Below are positions 36,472 through 46,327 of a stretch of 64,000 nt of DNA, piece by piece; positions within the stretch are counted from its first letter, which is position 1; the number at the start of each line of letters is the position of its first letter. Source of the stretch: Candidatus Doudnabacteria bacterium RIFCSPHIGHO2_01_FULL_46_14 (GTDB lineage: Bacteria > Patescibacteriota > Doudnabacteria > UBA920 > 2-01-FULL-46-14); contig MFEK01000007.1 in assembly GCA_001779925.1 (NCBI GenBank), forward strand, positions 4,108 to 68,107, read 5' to 3'. The notes under the pieces were generated by a model. It was not told the origin of the DNA. It saw only the letters and a program-made list of their open reading frames with translations, and did not search any database. The position numbers and the translations under genes are program-made.

Positions 36472-37950
36472 TCAAAAACCAACGGGTTTTTGCTTATGCC
36501 AATCCGTGATTTGCTGATACGCATACCCAACTTGGAAGACCAACTCCTCACCCCATTGCGGACCAAGAATCTGCATACCTATAGGGAGACTGACCGCAGC
36601 GCCGTCATCCGGCTTGCCCAAACCGCACGGCACTCCCATCGCTGCCAAACCAGCCAATGAGGCTGGGATGTTGAGCTGATCGGCGATGTAACCGAACAGC
36701 GGGTCATCGGCAGCCTTGCCGATTTTCAAAGCGACATTTGGAGTAGATGGACAAAGAAGGATGTCAACTTTCTTGAACATCTCATGGAATTCATTGACCA
36801 AAAGCCTTCTGACTTTTTGCGCTTTGGTATAGTAAGCGTCCCGATAACCGGCTGACAGCGCATAGGCGCCAGTCATTATGCGGCGTTTAGCTTCGTCACC
36901 GAACCCTTCCGCCCGGCTTTTCGCGTAGAGCTCATACAGATCGTTTGCCTTGTCAGTGGTATGTCCAAAACGGATCGAATCATAGCGGGACAGATTGGAA
37001 CTGATCTCAGACGGGGTAACGATTGCGTAGACCATGGATCCGTAGGAGGTCATGGGCAGGGAGACTTCGATAATCTTCGGTCCCAATTTTCGGATTTCCT
37101 CAATCGCCATACTGACCTTTTCCTTAACATCTTTTTCAATACCCGGAACAAAATATTCCTGCGGCACGCCGATTCGCAAACCCTTCATGCTTCGCGTTAA
37201 ATTTTTCGACCAAGCTTTGACCGGCAGCTTTCCGGATGTCCCGTCCTTGGGATCAAAACCGGAGATTGCCTCAGCGGTGATTGCCAAATCTTCGGCTGAA
37301 CGCGCGACTGTGCCCATGGTGTCCATTGAAGAAGACATGGCAATCACTCCATATCGCGAAACGCGGCCATAAGTCGGTTTCCAGCCGGAAATGCCGCATA
37401 AACTCGCCGGTTGGCGGATCGAACCTCCGGTTTCAGTGGCAAGGGCAAAAGGAACAAGACCGGCCGAGACCGCAGCCGCGCTTCCCCCGGAAGACCCTCC
37501 GGGGTTGCGCTCCAAATCCCAGGGATTGTGGACTGGGCCATAATAGGAGGTTTCAGTAGAGGATCCGTGAGCGAATTGGTCAAGGTTGGTCTTGCCGACC
37601 AGCACCGCCCCGGCAGCGCGCAGTCTGGCGACCACAGTGCTGTCATACGGGGGAACAAAATTTTCTAAGATCTTGGAGGCTGCCGTGGTTCTCACACCCC
37701 GCGTACAAAATAAATCTTTGGCTGCGTACGGAATGCCGGTGAGCATTTCCTGAGAGCCGGCTGCAATTCGTTTGTCAGCAGCTCGCGCTTGCTCCAGGGC
37801 AAGATCTTCAGTCAAAGTGATGAATGCGTTCAGATCCTTGTTGAATTTTTTTATTCGATCCAAATAATATTTGGTAAGCTCCGCCGAAGAAAATCGCTTG
37901 CTATCCAAGCCCTGTCTGAGTTCTTTGATTGTCGCCAAATGAAAATCCAT
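36472..37950 (-). CDS. gatA: Asp/Glu-tRNA amidotransferase subunit A
   Basis: Amidase signature GGSSGGSAAAV, Ser-cisSer-Lys triad context. Confidence 0.9.
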   Translation of the reverse strand: MDFHLATIKELRQGLDSKRFSSAELTKYYLDRIKKFNKDLNAFITLTEDLALEQARAADKRIAAGSQEMLTGIPYAAKDLFCTRGVRTTAASKILENFVPPYDSTVVARLRAAGAVLVGKTNLDQFAHGSSTETSYYGPVHNPWDLERNPGGSSGGSAAAVSAGLVPFALATETGGSIRQPASLCGISGWKPTYGRVSRYGVIAMSSSMDTMGTVARSAEDLAITAEAISGFDPKDGTSGKLPVKAWSKNLTRSMKGLRIGVPQEYFVPGIEKDVKEKVSMAIEEIRKLGPKIIEVSLPMTSYGSMVYAIVTPSEISSNLSRYDSIRFGHTTDKANDLYELYAKSRAEGFGDEAKRRIMTGAYALSAGYRDAYYTKAQKVRRLLVNEFHEMFKKVDILLCPSTPNVALKIGKAADDPLFGYIADQLNIPASLAGLAAMGVPCGLGKPDDGAAVSLPIGMQILGPQWGEELVFQVGYAYQQITDWHKQKPVGF

Positions 37951-37953
37951 TTA

Positions 37954-38234
37954 TTATAAAACTTTCTTAACCCGGATAAACCGACCCGAAGTCTCAGAAA
38001 TGTTTTGCAAAATGTCATCAGCGATTCCCTGTTCCTCCGCCTCATCACTGCGAAAAATATTCTCAAGCCCGGTAACCTGGGCGAGCGGTTCCACTCCTGT
38101 GGTATCAACTGTTTTAAGAATCTCGATGTAACCTAAAATTTTGTTCAAATCTATCCGGTATTTTTCCAATTCTTCTTGTTTGAGCTCGATCCTGGCGAGT
38201 TTGGCGATGTAGGCCACCTCTTCTTGAGTAATCA
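37954..38234 (-). CDS. gatC: Asp/Glu-tRNA amidotransferase subunit C
   Basis: MITQEEVAYIAKLARIELKQEELEKY...; the ORF-track N-terminal extension was trimmed to the conserved start. Confidence 0.7.
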
Positions 38235-38332
38235 TGGTTTTTGAAGCTTTATTGCTAAATGCTTGATTGACACCTCTACCCAATAGTATAAACTTAAAAG
38301 GCAGCAGCTCACAAGCATTAAATAAGGATACA

Positions 38333-38893
38333 AATATGACCCTATCATTGATCACTCTTATCGTAATCGGCCTGGCGGTTGGCTGGCTCATAGCCACCTA
38401 CAATGGACTCATTCGTTCCCGCAACCGCGTAGACGAAGCATGGAGCGACATCGAGGTTCAGCTCAAACGTCGCTATGACCTCATCCCTAACCTGATCTCC
38501 ACAGTCAAAGGATACGCGGCGCACGAAAGCGGGGTATTTGAAAAAGTCACCGCTGCTCGGACCGCGGCCATGAATGCTTCAAATACGCACGACAAATTGG
38601 AAAAAGAAAACATGCTTTCCGGCGCTCTCAAATCTCTGTTCGCAGTCGCAGAAAACTATCCTGACCTGAAAGCCAATCAAAATTTTCTGAGCTTGCAGAG
38701 CGATCTTACTGACACGGAAAACAAAATTCAAGCTTCCCGCCGCTTCTACAACGGCAATGTCCGTGATTACAATACTAAGATCCAAGTTTTCCCCACAAAT
38801 TTTATAGCCAGCATGCTCGGCTTCAGTGCTCGCGAATTTTTCGATATAGATGAAAAGGGAGTAGAGGGACAGGTCCCCCAAGTCAATTTCTAA
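38333..38893 (+). CDS. lemA: LemA family protein
   Basis: N-terminal TM then YNGLIRSRNRVDEAWSDIEVQLKRRYDLIPNL, the LemA signature. Confidence 0.75.
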   Translation, partial: NMTLSLITLIVIGLAVGWLIATYNGLIRSRNRVDEAWSDIEVQLKRRYDLIPNLISTVKGYAAHESGVFEKVTAARTAAMNASNTHDKLEKENMLSGALKSLFAVAENYPDLKANQNFLSLQSDLTDTENKIQASRRFYNGNVRDYNTKIQVFPTNFIASMLGFSAREFFDIDEKGVEGQVPQVNF

Positions 38894-38998
38894 TTGACCT
38901 AATTTCTACCCTTCGACAAGCTCAGGGAATAACTTATTTATTAGTTGGTGAGCCTGTCGAACCATAGGTCTATTAGAGATTAGGGTAATTAGAAATTT

Positions 38999-39904
38999 AT
39001 GGCTGTTGTCTATCAGCATATAACGGAAAATAAAATTAAAACTGCAGTGCTTCTGGCAGTCTTTTTGCTTCTGATAATCCTGCTTGGTTTCGTATTCAGC
39101 CAGGCTTACGGGGAGCCGACAATCCTTTATGCAGCCGTGGCGTTCAGTTTTATTTATTCGCTCATCAGCTACTATTTCAGCGCCAACATCACTCTGTCCC
39201 TGTCGCGCGCAGAAAAGGTTGATCGAACCACTAATCAGGATCTCTATAACCTTGTTGAAAACCTCGCTATTACAGCCGGCTTGCCGACCCCGAAAATCTA
39301 TATAATCCGCGACAGTGCCATGAATGCGTTTGCCACAGGACGCAATCCGGAAAACGCAGTAGTCGTGTTTACCACCGGCATCCTGGAACGGCTTAACAAA
39401 ACAGAGCTCGAAGGCGTAGTGGCGCACGAACTCTCGCACATCGGCAATTACGACATTCGCCTCATGACTCTGGTGGTGGTACTCGTCGGGATTTTGACCC
39501 TGCTTGCGGATTTTCTGCTGAGAATGACTTTTTATGGAGGGCGGTCGCGTTCCAAAAACAGTAATCAGATGCAAGCCTTGTTTATGGTACTGGGCATCGT
39601 TCTCGCGATTTTATCGCCGATTATCGCCACCCTGATTCAGTTGTCAATTTCCAGAAAACGGGAGTTCCTGGCTGACGCTTCAGGAATATTGCTTACTCGC
39701 TACCCCGAAGGCCTGGCTTCCGCGCTGGAAAAAATTTCCGCGGATACTGAGCCGCTGGAAGCAGCCAACAAAGCCACGGCCCATCTCTATATAGCGAACC
39801 CTCTAAAAAACCGCCATGGTAGTATTGGCTGGTTTGCCGGGCTTTTTAATACTCATCCGCCGGCAGAAGAGCGCGTCAAACGGTTGCGGGAAATGAATAA
39901 ATAA
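38999..39904 (+). CDS. htpX: M48-family Zn metalloprotease HtpX homolog
   Basis: HELSHIGN (HExxH), four TM helices, downstream glutamate in EFLADASG. Confidence 0.8.
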   Translation: MAVVYQHITENKIKTAVLLAVFLLLIILLGFVFSQAYGEPTILYAAVAFSFIYSLISYYFSANITLSLSRAEKVDRTTNQDLYNLVENLAITAGLPTPKIYIIRDSAMNAFATGRNPENAVVVFTTGILERLNKTELEGVVAHELSHIGNYDIRLMTLVVVLVGILTLLADFLLRMTFYGGRSRSKNSNQMQALFMVLGIVLAILSPIIATLIQLSISRKREFLADASGILLTRYPEGLASALEKISADTEPLEAANKATAHLYIANPLKNRHGSIGWFAGLFNTHPPAEERVKRLREMNK

Positions 39905-39944
39905 CCTAAACTGCCTCCAGATAACTTTCGTTAAGGAGGCAACA

Positions 39945-40178
39945 ATGGCTTTGAAAAAACTTCGCATGATTTGCGCGGGCGGAGACAAAACGCTCGCCGA
40001 ATGGGATACGGACACTGTGAGCCCTGATCGGCTGAAAAAGATCGAGGAGGAATTCAATCAGAAGCTTTCTGCAGGCTGGTTCGCGGCTGATATTTCCGAA
40101 AAACGGGATGTACTCATCCGCGAGTTTGACCCGCAGGCCGAGATCCTCTTGATCCCGCGAGTCCAGGGCGGCTGCTGA
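39945..40178 (+). CDS. Hypothetical protein
   Basis: 77 aa; RBS AAGGAGG upstream. Confidence 0.3.
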   Translation: MALKKLRMICAGGDKTLAEWDTDTVSPDRLKKIEEEFNQKLSAGWFAADISEKRDVLIREFDPQAEILLIPRVQGGC

Positions 40179-40639
40179 TGGCCGGTCTAGCACAAAACAA
40201 TTTCCCCTTGCAAAGGATAGACATATTCGTTTATCCCTCGCAGGATGACTACGAGCGGGCCAGGGACAAGGCCAGGGATCTGCTTCGGTCAATAGTAACC
40301 GAACTGGAGTGGTCCGAACTGGAAAACAAGGGCGTGATCGAGCTGGCAGGAAAACGCGCCAGATATGATATCTCACCTTATAGCCAGACAGAAATCCGGG
40401 ATTTAAACTCCGGCCGGATCACAGCATACGCCTGCCTGCAGCTATCCATTCTGGCGCCGACCTATGACCGGATGGTCGCGGAATACCTGCTCATCAAAAA
40501 CGCGGAAGATGATTACTGGGAAACTGCAAACATCTTTTCGCGCAGGGTAGACGAGTTTGGCACCAGGACTATGCTTCTGATCGGCCTTATCATCGCGATG
40601 TTAGCGGATCTCCTGCTTAATGTTTTCCATATGCGATGA
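40178..40639 (+). CDS. Hypothetical protein with C-terminal TM helix
   Basis: 153 aa; start overlaps the preceding stop (ATGA). Confidence 0.3.
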   Translation: MAGLAQNNFPLQRIDIFVYPSQDDYERARDKARDLLRSIVTELEWSELENKGVIELAGKRARYDISPYSQTEIRDLNSGRITAYACLQLSILAPTYDRMVAEYLLIKNAEDDYWETANIFSRRVDEFGTRTMLLIGLIIAMLADLLLNVFHMR

Positions 40640-40661
40640 TGCGACACAACCGAAAGGCGCT

Positions 40662-41108
40662 CTACCTCAAAATGGTGAGCGCCTTTCTTACTGCCTCGCC
40701 GCGGAATCCGCGTCTGGCAAACGCGGCCGACAGCTGTTCGTAAGCTGTTTTTTTTTGTTTCAGCAATTTTTTTAAAAGCCTTTGGGCTACCGCCATCTCC
40801 TCTTCCAGGGTAAAAAACTCTTTCAACGCGTCGGCCGCAATATCCTCCGGAATCTGTCTTTGAGCCAGCTTGACTTTAATGCCATAATAACCAAAATCTT
40901 TGTAACGCTTGAGGTTTTCCACAAAAATTTCAGCAAAGCGCTTGTCATTTAAAAAATCCGACTCTTCGAGTCTGCGCAGAACCGGCAAAATATCGCCGTC
41001 TTTGAAGCCGCGGGTCTTCAGCTTACGGTGCAGCTCACCCGTGGTGTGAAACCTGATTGATAAAAGCTTAATGGCTTTTTCGTAAACTTTTTCGTTAATT
41101 TCACTCAT
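40662..41108 (-). CDS. recX: RecX-like regulatory protein
   Basis: Three-helix repeats typical of RecX (YEKAIKLLSIRFHTTGELHRKL...); the ORF-track N-terminal extension was trimmed. Confidence 0.5.
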   Translation of the reverse strand: MSEINEKVYEKAIKLLSIRFHTTGELHRKLKTRGFKDGDILPVLRRLEESDFLNDKRFAEIFVENLKRYKDFGYYGIKVKLAQRQIPEDIAADALKEFFTLEEEMAVAQRLLKKLLKQKKTAYEQLSAAFARRGFRGEAVRKALTILR

Positions 41109-41230
41109 GGTATACTTATAATCATAACACGGCGGCCTCTCCCTGCCCCCGGCTACCATCCCCAGGCCTGGAGAAGGAAAGGAAGGGGTCCAATCCACAT
41201 TCGACATTCTAAATTCCATATTCGAACCCA

Positions 41231-43705
41231 ATGACCGATTTCATAAACGAAAAATTTTCCTCTCGGGCCAAAAATGCCCTAAAGACTGCACAAAAAATCT
41301 CTGAAGAGCTCGGCTATACCTATATCGGCTCTGAGCATTTACTATTTGGAATAGTGGTAGAGTTCAGCTCGTTTGCCTCTGAGGTAATTCTCAAAAATAA
41401 GATCAATGAAGAATTGCTACGCATGGAGCTCATCCGGCGCAGAAAACAACCTCTTTTTCCGGAAGCAAAGATTACTCCCGACGTCAAAGCATGCTTGGAA
41501 AGAGCGGCTATTATTGCAGCAAAATATCAATACCAGTTTATAGGCACCGAACATTTTCTTTATGGAATAGTAGACAGTGAAGATAATGAAGCAAGGAGGA
41601 TCCTCACTGCTCTTGGCATCGAGCCGCGGGAGATTAAAAAAAACTTGCTTTCCATTTTTGAAAATGTCTCCAAATTTCCAGATCCGGTGATGCGTGAAAC
41701 CCCCAGGATCCCGGATGAGCCAAATATGGCAGGTGGCGCTCTCAGCTATTTCACGACCGACCTTACCGCTAGGGCCAATGCTGGACACATTGATCCGCTC
41801 ATCGGCCGAAAAGATGAAGTCGAAAGACTCGTTAGCATTCTCGGACGGCGCCACAAAAACAATCCTGTCCTCATTGGCGAGCCAGGCGTTGGCAAGACTG
41901 CGATTGTTGAAGGGCTGGCCCTGGCAATCAAACAGCGAAAGGTTGCCCGGAATCTTCTTGGCAAACGAATCTTGTCTCTTGATCTGGCACTGATGGTCGC
42001 AGGATCAATGTTCCGCGGCGAATTTGAAAATCGCCTCAAGCAGGTACTGGAAGAAATAAAAGAATCAACTGATGTAATCTTGTTTATTGACGAATTGCAC
42101 ACCCTTGTAGGCGCAGGAGCCGCGACAGGCAGTCTTGATGCTGCCAATATTCTTAAACCTGCCCTGGCACGCGGAGAAATACGCGCGATCGGGGCCACGA
42201 CTCTGTCGGAATATAAAAAACATATCGAGACTGACCCTGCTCTGGAGCGCCGGTTCCAGCCGATCGTTGTTCGAGAACCAACTCCTGCTGAAGCACTCGA
42301 GATTCTCAAGGGTCTGCGGCCTCATTACGAAAACCACCATGGGGTAAAAATCACGGAAGATGCCCTGGAAGAAGCCATAAAACTCTCCGTGCGCTATATT
42401 GGCGAGCGTTTTTTGCCTGACAAAGCTTTGGACCTGATTGACGAAACTGCGGCTTTCCATAAGATGCACCATGATCAAAAAAATCTTGATCCCGGATCTG
42501 AAAATCCCCAGGAGAATCTTGAATATCTGGTAGCGCAGAAGCGGCTGGCAGTGCTGAACCGAAATTTTGAAAAAGCGACTGTTCTCCGCGGCCAGGAAAA
42601 CGTACTTCTCAAAAACCTCGACAGCGCGAAAAAAAACGAAACTGATAAACCTCCTATTTTAGAAATATCCAAATCGCATATTGCCGGATCGGTAGCCCGG
42701 ATAACAGGCATTCCTATTGAAGCACTACGGGCCGCCGACCGTTCGCATTTAAAAAACCTGGAAAAAAGGTTGAAAACCAAGATTCTGGGCCAGGATAACG
42801 CTATCAAGGAAATTTCCTCGGCGATCCGCCGCTCACGAGCCGGAATCTCTTCGGCCACGCGACCTTTGGGCTCTTTTATGTTTCTCGGGCCTTCCGGAGT
42901 TGGTAAAACCCTCCTTGCAAAAATACTGGCGCGCGAACTGTTTGGAGACGAAAAGGCCTTGGTGCGGATCGATATGTCAGAATTAATGGAGCGTCACAAT
43001 GTCGCGCGCCTTATCGGCGCTCCGGCAGGGTACGTGGGATTTGAGGAAGGCGGCCGGCTCACGGAAACAATCAGAAGAAAGCCCTACTCCATAGTGCTGT
43101 TTGACGAAATGGAAAAAGCTCACGCAGACGTGTTTAATCTGTTGCTGCAAATTCTCGAAGAAGGAGAACTCACCGATGCTGCCGGAAAAGTTGTGAATTT
43201 CCGCAATACCTTGATTATCATGACCTCGAATATTGGCCTCAGTACGTTTAACAAAGCCGCGCGCGGCTTTGGCTTTGACAGAGACAGGAAATCGAAAGTA
43301 AATTTTGAACAGACTGCAGAAGCGGTACTCGATGAAGTCAAAACGAATCTGCGTACGGAATTTATAAACCGGATAGATAAAATAATCGTGTTCGAACCGA
43401 TCAAAGCTGAGGAACTTGAAAAAATTGCGGTCTTGGAAATGGAAAAATTGAAAAAACAGCTCTCAGAACTCGGCATTCACCTAACTGCATCACAAAAAAC
43501 CTATGAGTATCTGGCGAAAATAAGTTTTGACCCGGAGCAGGGGGCGCGAAAAATCCGTAAAAACATACAGGAACAGGTGGAAGATTTGATAGCAAAAAAA
43601 ATTATCGCAGGCAGCATCAAACCCGGTCAAAATATCGAACTCACTCTCAAAGGCAATAAAACAAAAGCTTTGCATGTTCAAATCGTGGACCGGATCACTG
43701 CTTGA
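41231..43705 (+). CDS. clpC: Clp/Hsp100 ATPase (ClpC/ClpB family) with tandem Clp_N repeats and two AAA+ modules
   Basis: Two Walker A sites (GEPGVGKT, GPSGVGKT), Walker B (DELH), sensor and arginine-finger regions. Confidence 0.85.
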   Translation: MTDFINEKFSSRAKNALKTAQKISEELGYTYIGSEHLLFGIVVEFSSFASEVILKNKINEELLRMELIRRRKQPLFPEAKITPDVKACLERAAIIAAKYQYQFIGTEHFLYGIVDSEDNEARRILTALGIEPREIKKNLLSIFENVSKFPDPVMRETPRIPDEPNMAGGALSYFTTDLTARANAGHIDPLIGRKDEVERLVSILGRRHKNNPVLIGEPGVGKTAIVEGLALAIKQRKVARNLLGKRILSLDLALMVAGSMFRGEFENRLKQVLEEIKESTDVILFIDELHTLVGAGAATGSLDAANILKPALARGEIRAIGATTLSEYKKHIETDPALERRFQPIVVREPTPAEALEILKGLRPHYENHHGVKITEDALEEAIKLSVRYIGERFLPDKALDLIDETAAFHKMHHDQKNLDPGSENPQENLEYLVAQKRLAVLNRNFEKATVLRGQENVLLKNLDSAKKNETDKPPILEISKSHIAGSVARITGIPIEALRAADRSHLKNLEKRLKTKILGQDNAIKEISSAIRRSRAGISSATRPLGSFMFLGPSGVGKTLLAKILARELFGDEKALVRIDMSELMERHNVARLIGAPAGYVGFEEGGRLTETIRRKPYSIVLFDEMEKAHADVFNLLLQILEEGELTDAAGKVVNFRNTLIIMTSNIGLSTFNKAARGFGFDRDRKSKVNFEQTAEAVLDEVKTNLRTEFINRIDKIIVFEPIKAEELEKIAVLEMEKLKKQLSELGIHLTASQKTYEYLAKISFDPEQGARKIRKNIQEQVEDLIAKKIIAGSIKPGQNIELTLKGNKTKALHVQIVDRITA

Positions 43706-44381
43706 TTTTGTTTTTCCAGTGTTTTGCCAGGGGTGCGCGCGCGAAGGCTCTTACCTCTGCCTGCCCTGCCAAAACAGAATCGAATCCCCTATCCATCGCT
43801 GCCCTGTTTGCAGTAAAAATTCTGCCCTCGGGCAGGTTCACCACGAGTGCGCCAATCCCAAGACAGCCTTAAACGGCCTAATGGTCGCGGCTGAGTATCG
43901 CACACCTGCTGTCCGCAATCTCATCTGGCAGCTCAAATACAATTCAGTACGCGATATCAGCCAAACAATCGCGCTCGTCATGGCTGATTTTATCATCAAA
44001 AATGACCTTGCGGATTATTTTGCGCAGAGTACGATCATCGCCGTTCCGACCCATAAAAAAAGACTGCGTTTCCGGGGGTTCAACCAGGCCGAAGAGATCT
44101 CCAGACATTTCGCGGCCAGTCTTGGACTCGAGTACTGCGAAGCACTAGTCAAATCCAAACCAACAACCAGACAGGTTGATCTGCAAAAAAATGAACGCCT
44201 GGAAAATCTTAAAGGCGTGTTTGAACCCTATACCTCCCTGCAAACTGAGAAGGTGCTGGGTAAAAAAATTATCCTTGTGGACGATGTAGCCACCACTGGT
44301 ACGACGCTGAACGAATGCGCTCTGGCTTTGCAAAAATTGGAACCAGCGGAAATCTGGGGCCTTGTAGTGGCAAGAAATTAA
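43674..44381 (+). CDS. comF: ComF-family phosphoribosyltransferase (competence protein ComFC-like)
   Basis: N-terminal double zinc ribbon (CxxC...CxxC) and PRTase motif ILVDDVATTGTT. Confidence 0.7.
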   Translation: MFKSWTGSLLDFVFPVFCQGCAREGSYLCLPCQNRIESPIHRCPVCSKNSALGQVHHECANPKTALNGLMVAAEYRTPAVRNLIWQLKYNSVRDISQTIALVMADFIIKNDLADYFAQSTIIAVPTHKKRLRFRGFNQAEEISRHFAASLGLEYCEALVKSKPTTRQVDLQKNERLENLKGVFEPYTSLQTEKVLGKKIILVDDVATTGTTLNECALALQKLEPAEIWGLVVARN

Positions 44382-44393
44382 TAATCCAAAACA

Positions 44394-44422
44394 AAAAACA
44401 GATCAATACGATCCGTTTTTTG
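44394..44422. terminator. Bidirectional terminator between comF and the tRNA-Arg trailer
   Basis: aaaacagatcaatacgatccgtttttt. Confidence 0.5.
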
Positions 44423-44525
44423 GTGCCCCCGCGAAGAACCCCAGTAGTAGAACGGATTACCGTTCACTACGGGGCAAGTCGAACTTCTCTACACGGCACT
44501 TGCCCGGTACTAAAATATGCGTAAT

Positions 44526-44602
44526 TGGTGCGCTCGACAGGGATCGAACCTGTGACCTCAAGCTCCGCAAGCTTGCGCTCTATCCAACTGAGCTACGAGC
44601 GC
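44526..44602 (-). tRNA. tRNA-Arg (anticodon GCG as read)
   Basis: GCGCTCGTAGCTCAGTTGGATAGAGCGCAAGCTTGCGGAGCTTG...GGTTCGATCCC...GCACCA; anticodon loop UUGCGGA. Confidence 0.75.
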
Positions 44603-44656
44603 ATATTTTTAGTACCTGGGTCCATTGAGCTACGGGGGCGCTTGAAAAATTATAAC

Positions 44657-44685
44657 AAAAACCCCAGATTTTGTCTCGGGGGTTT
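44657..44685. terminator. Terminator hairpin downstream of the minus-strand sigma/anti-sigma operon
   Basis: aaaaaccccagattttgtctcgggggttt. Confidence 0.6.
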
Positions 44686-44702
44686 GAAATCCACGATTTT
44701 TA

Positions 44703-45560
44703 TTACTGCACTGCTTCGGGCTCGTTGTTTTCGTCAATGGTGACTACATCGCCGAGCTGAGTATCGGTTTCGACCGGCGTATCTTTTACGACCGGACTCT
44801 TTATTATTTTCTTACTCTTTGCAGGAAAACTGGGAACACTTGAGGTGGTTTTTGGCGTTGTCGTAGCCTCAGTCACATTTTCTTCTCCAGCGCTCACTGT
44901 TGTGCCCTTGACCTCTTCACTGGTCAATTTCGTTATAGATTCTTTGGTGCTAATGATGGCATGCTCTACTGCCTCTTTGACCTCGCTCGTCGCGCCAGAA
45001 CCCACGCTGGTCAAAACTTTTTCCTGTTCAACCGCCACCTCAGTAGCCTCATTTGTCAGCTCTGGTCTGACCTCAAAAACAGCCACCACCTCTACCATTT
45101 CTTCGGTTGAAGTCTTTAAAGCCGCCAAAGTATCCTCGACAATCTTTGTGTCTTTCTTGGCTTCCACGAGAGTTTTTACTTCCGCAAGTCTGCGCTTGGC
45201 ATGTCTGATGCTAACCTTGACCTTGGCTTCATCAGTGACGGCAGCAACCTTTTCCACCTGTTCAGCTACGATCTTGACCGGATACAGGGTTTCACCAGGC
45301 TGGGCATTGGCGACCGACCCTACCATAGTCAAAGCCAAAATCACCACCATGACAGTAGCCCCGATTCTGGCAAGAGTCCGCGGCAAAAATAGGTATTTCC
45401 ATACCGGCAGGCTGATTTCGGCTTTGTCCTGCAGTCTCGCGGCTATTATATAATTATGGACGCGCTGCCAAACCTTTTCTTTATCAGAAAAAGGCAAAAG
45501 CTTCCGCGGCAAACCCGCGGACATTTGGCTTATTAATTTTTCGAACTCATTATCATTCAC
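44703..45560 (-). CDS. Putative anti-sigma factor (cytoplasmic N-domain, one TM helix, extracytoplasmic helical domain)
   Basis: Downstream of the ECF sigma gene; TM at ~60-85; conserved 5'-UTR box upstream. Confidence 0.45.
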   Translation of the reverse strand: MNDNEFEKLISQMSAGLPRKLLPFSDKEKVWQRVHNYIIAARLQDKAEISLPVWKYLFLPRTLARIGATVMVVILALTMVGSVANAQPGETLYPVKIVAEQVEKVAAVTDEAKVKVSIRHAKRRLAEVKTLVEAKKDTKIVEDTLAALKTSTEEMVEVVAVFEVRPELTNEATEVAVEQEKVLTSVGSGATSEVKEAVEHAIISTKESITKLTSEEVKGTTVSAGEENVTEATTTPKTTSSVPSFPAKSKKIIKSPVVKDTPVETDTQLGDVVTIDENNEPEAVQ

Positions 45561-45633
45561 CCCGTTAGAAATCCTATGTTAATTATTTTACTTTAAGTCT
45601 CGATTTTTCCTACCACTCCCGTTAGCGAGATTT

Positions 45634-46203
45634 CTAACGGGGTTCATATTTTAAAATCTTTTTTAGTTCACTAATGGCTCGATGCTGGATAACGCGGATC
45701 GCGCCTTCTGATTTGCCAAGTATCTTGGCGATATCAGGATTGTCGAGCTCCTCGAGAAATTTGAGCTTGATGACGATTTGTTGTTCTTCGGTTAGCTGGC
45801 CGAGATTTTCCAAAAAGGCTTTTTGCTGAAAAGACAGATTCGTCCGGTCAATCATATTGTCTTCGTACTGCAGGACATTCTCCAAAAGACTGATGTCCAC
45901 GTTCTCTTTGCGGGAACGGTAATAATCGATCACCAGGTTTCTGGCGATCTGGTAAATCCAGCCGTTGAAGGCTTGGGCTTCCTGGATTTTATCCAGCTTG
46001 TCCCAGACTTTGATAAACACCTCTGAAACCAGGTCTTCGGCTGCTTCCTTGTGATTGACCCGGAAATAGATAAATCTATAAACCTTTTGAAAGTACAGAT
46101 CGTAAATCTGGCCAAAAGCTATCTCATCGCCATTTTTGGCTCTAAGGACGAGCGCTTCTAGGTTTTGAGAATTGCTGTTTTGGTCCACAAATTGCTGGAT
46201 CAA
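45634..46203 (-). CDS. ECF-type RNA polymerase sigma factor
   Basis: Sigma-70 region 2 (FIYFRVNHKEAAEDLVSEVFIKVW) and region 4 HTH (ELDNPDIAKILGKSEGAIRVIQHRAISELK). Confidence 0.8.
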   Translation of the reverse strand: MIQQFVDQNSNSQNLEALVLRAKNGDEIAFGQIYDLYFQKVYRFIYFRVNHKEAAEDLVSEVFIKVWDKLDKIQEAQAFNGWIYQIARNLVIDYYRSRKENVDISLLENVLQYEDNMIDRTNLSFQQKAFLENLGQLTEEQQIVIKLKFLEELDNPDIAKILGKSEGAIRVIQHRAISELKKILKYEPR

Positions 46204-46327
46204 TGATTAAGACGAGCCACAATGAGAAATGTTTCAAAGTGGAATCTATATTACACCATATATCGAGAAAAAAATCCAGCCCTAGGCTGGTCAGCCTCGG
46301 GCTGAAAAGCTGATTGTAAAAGTTGAT

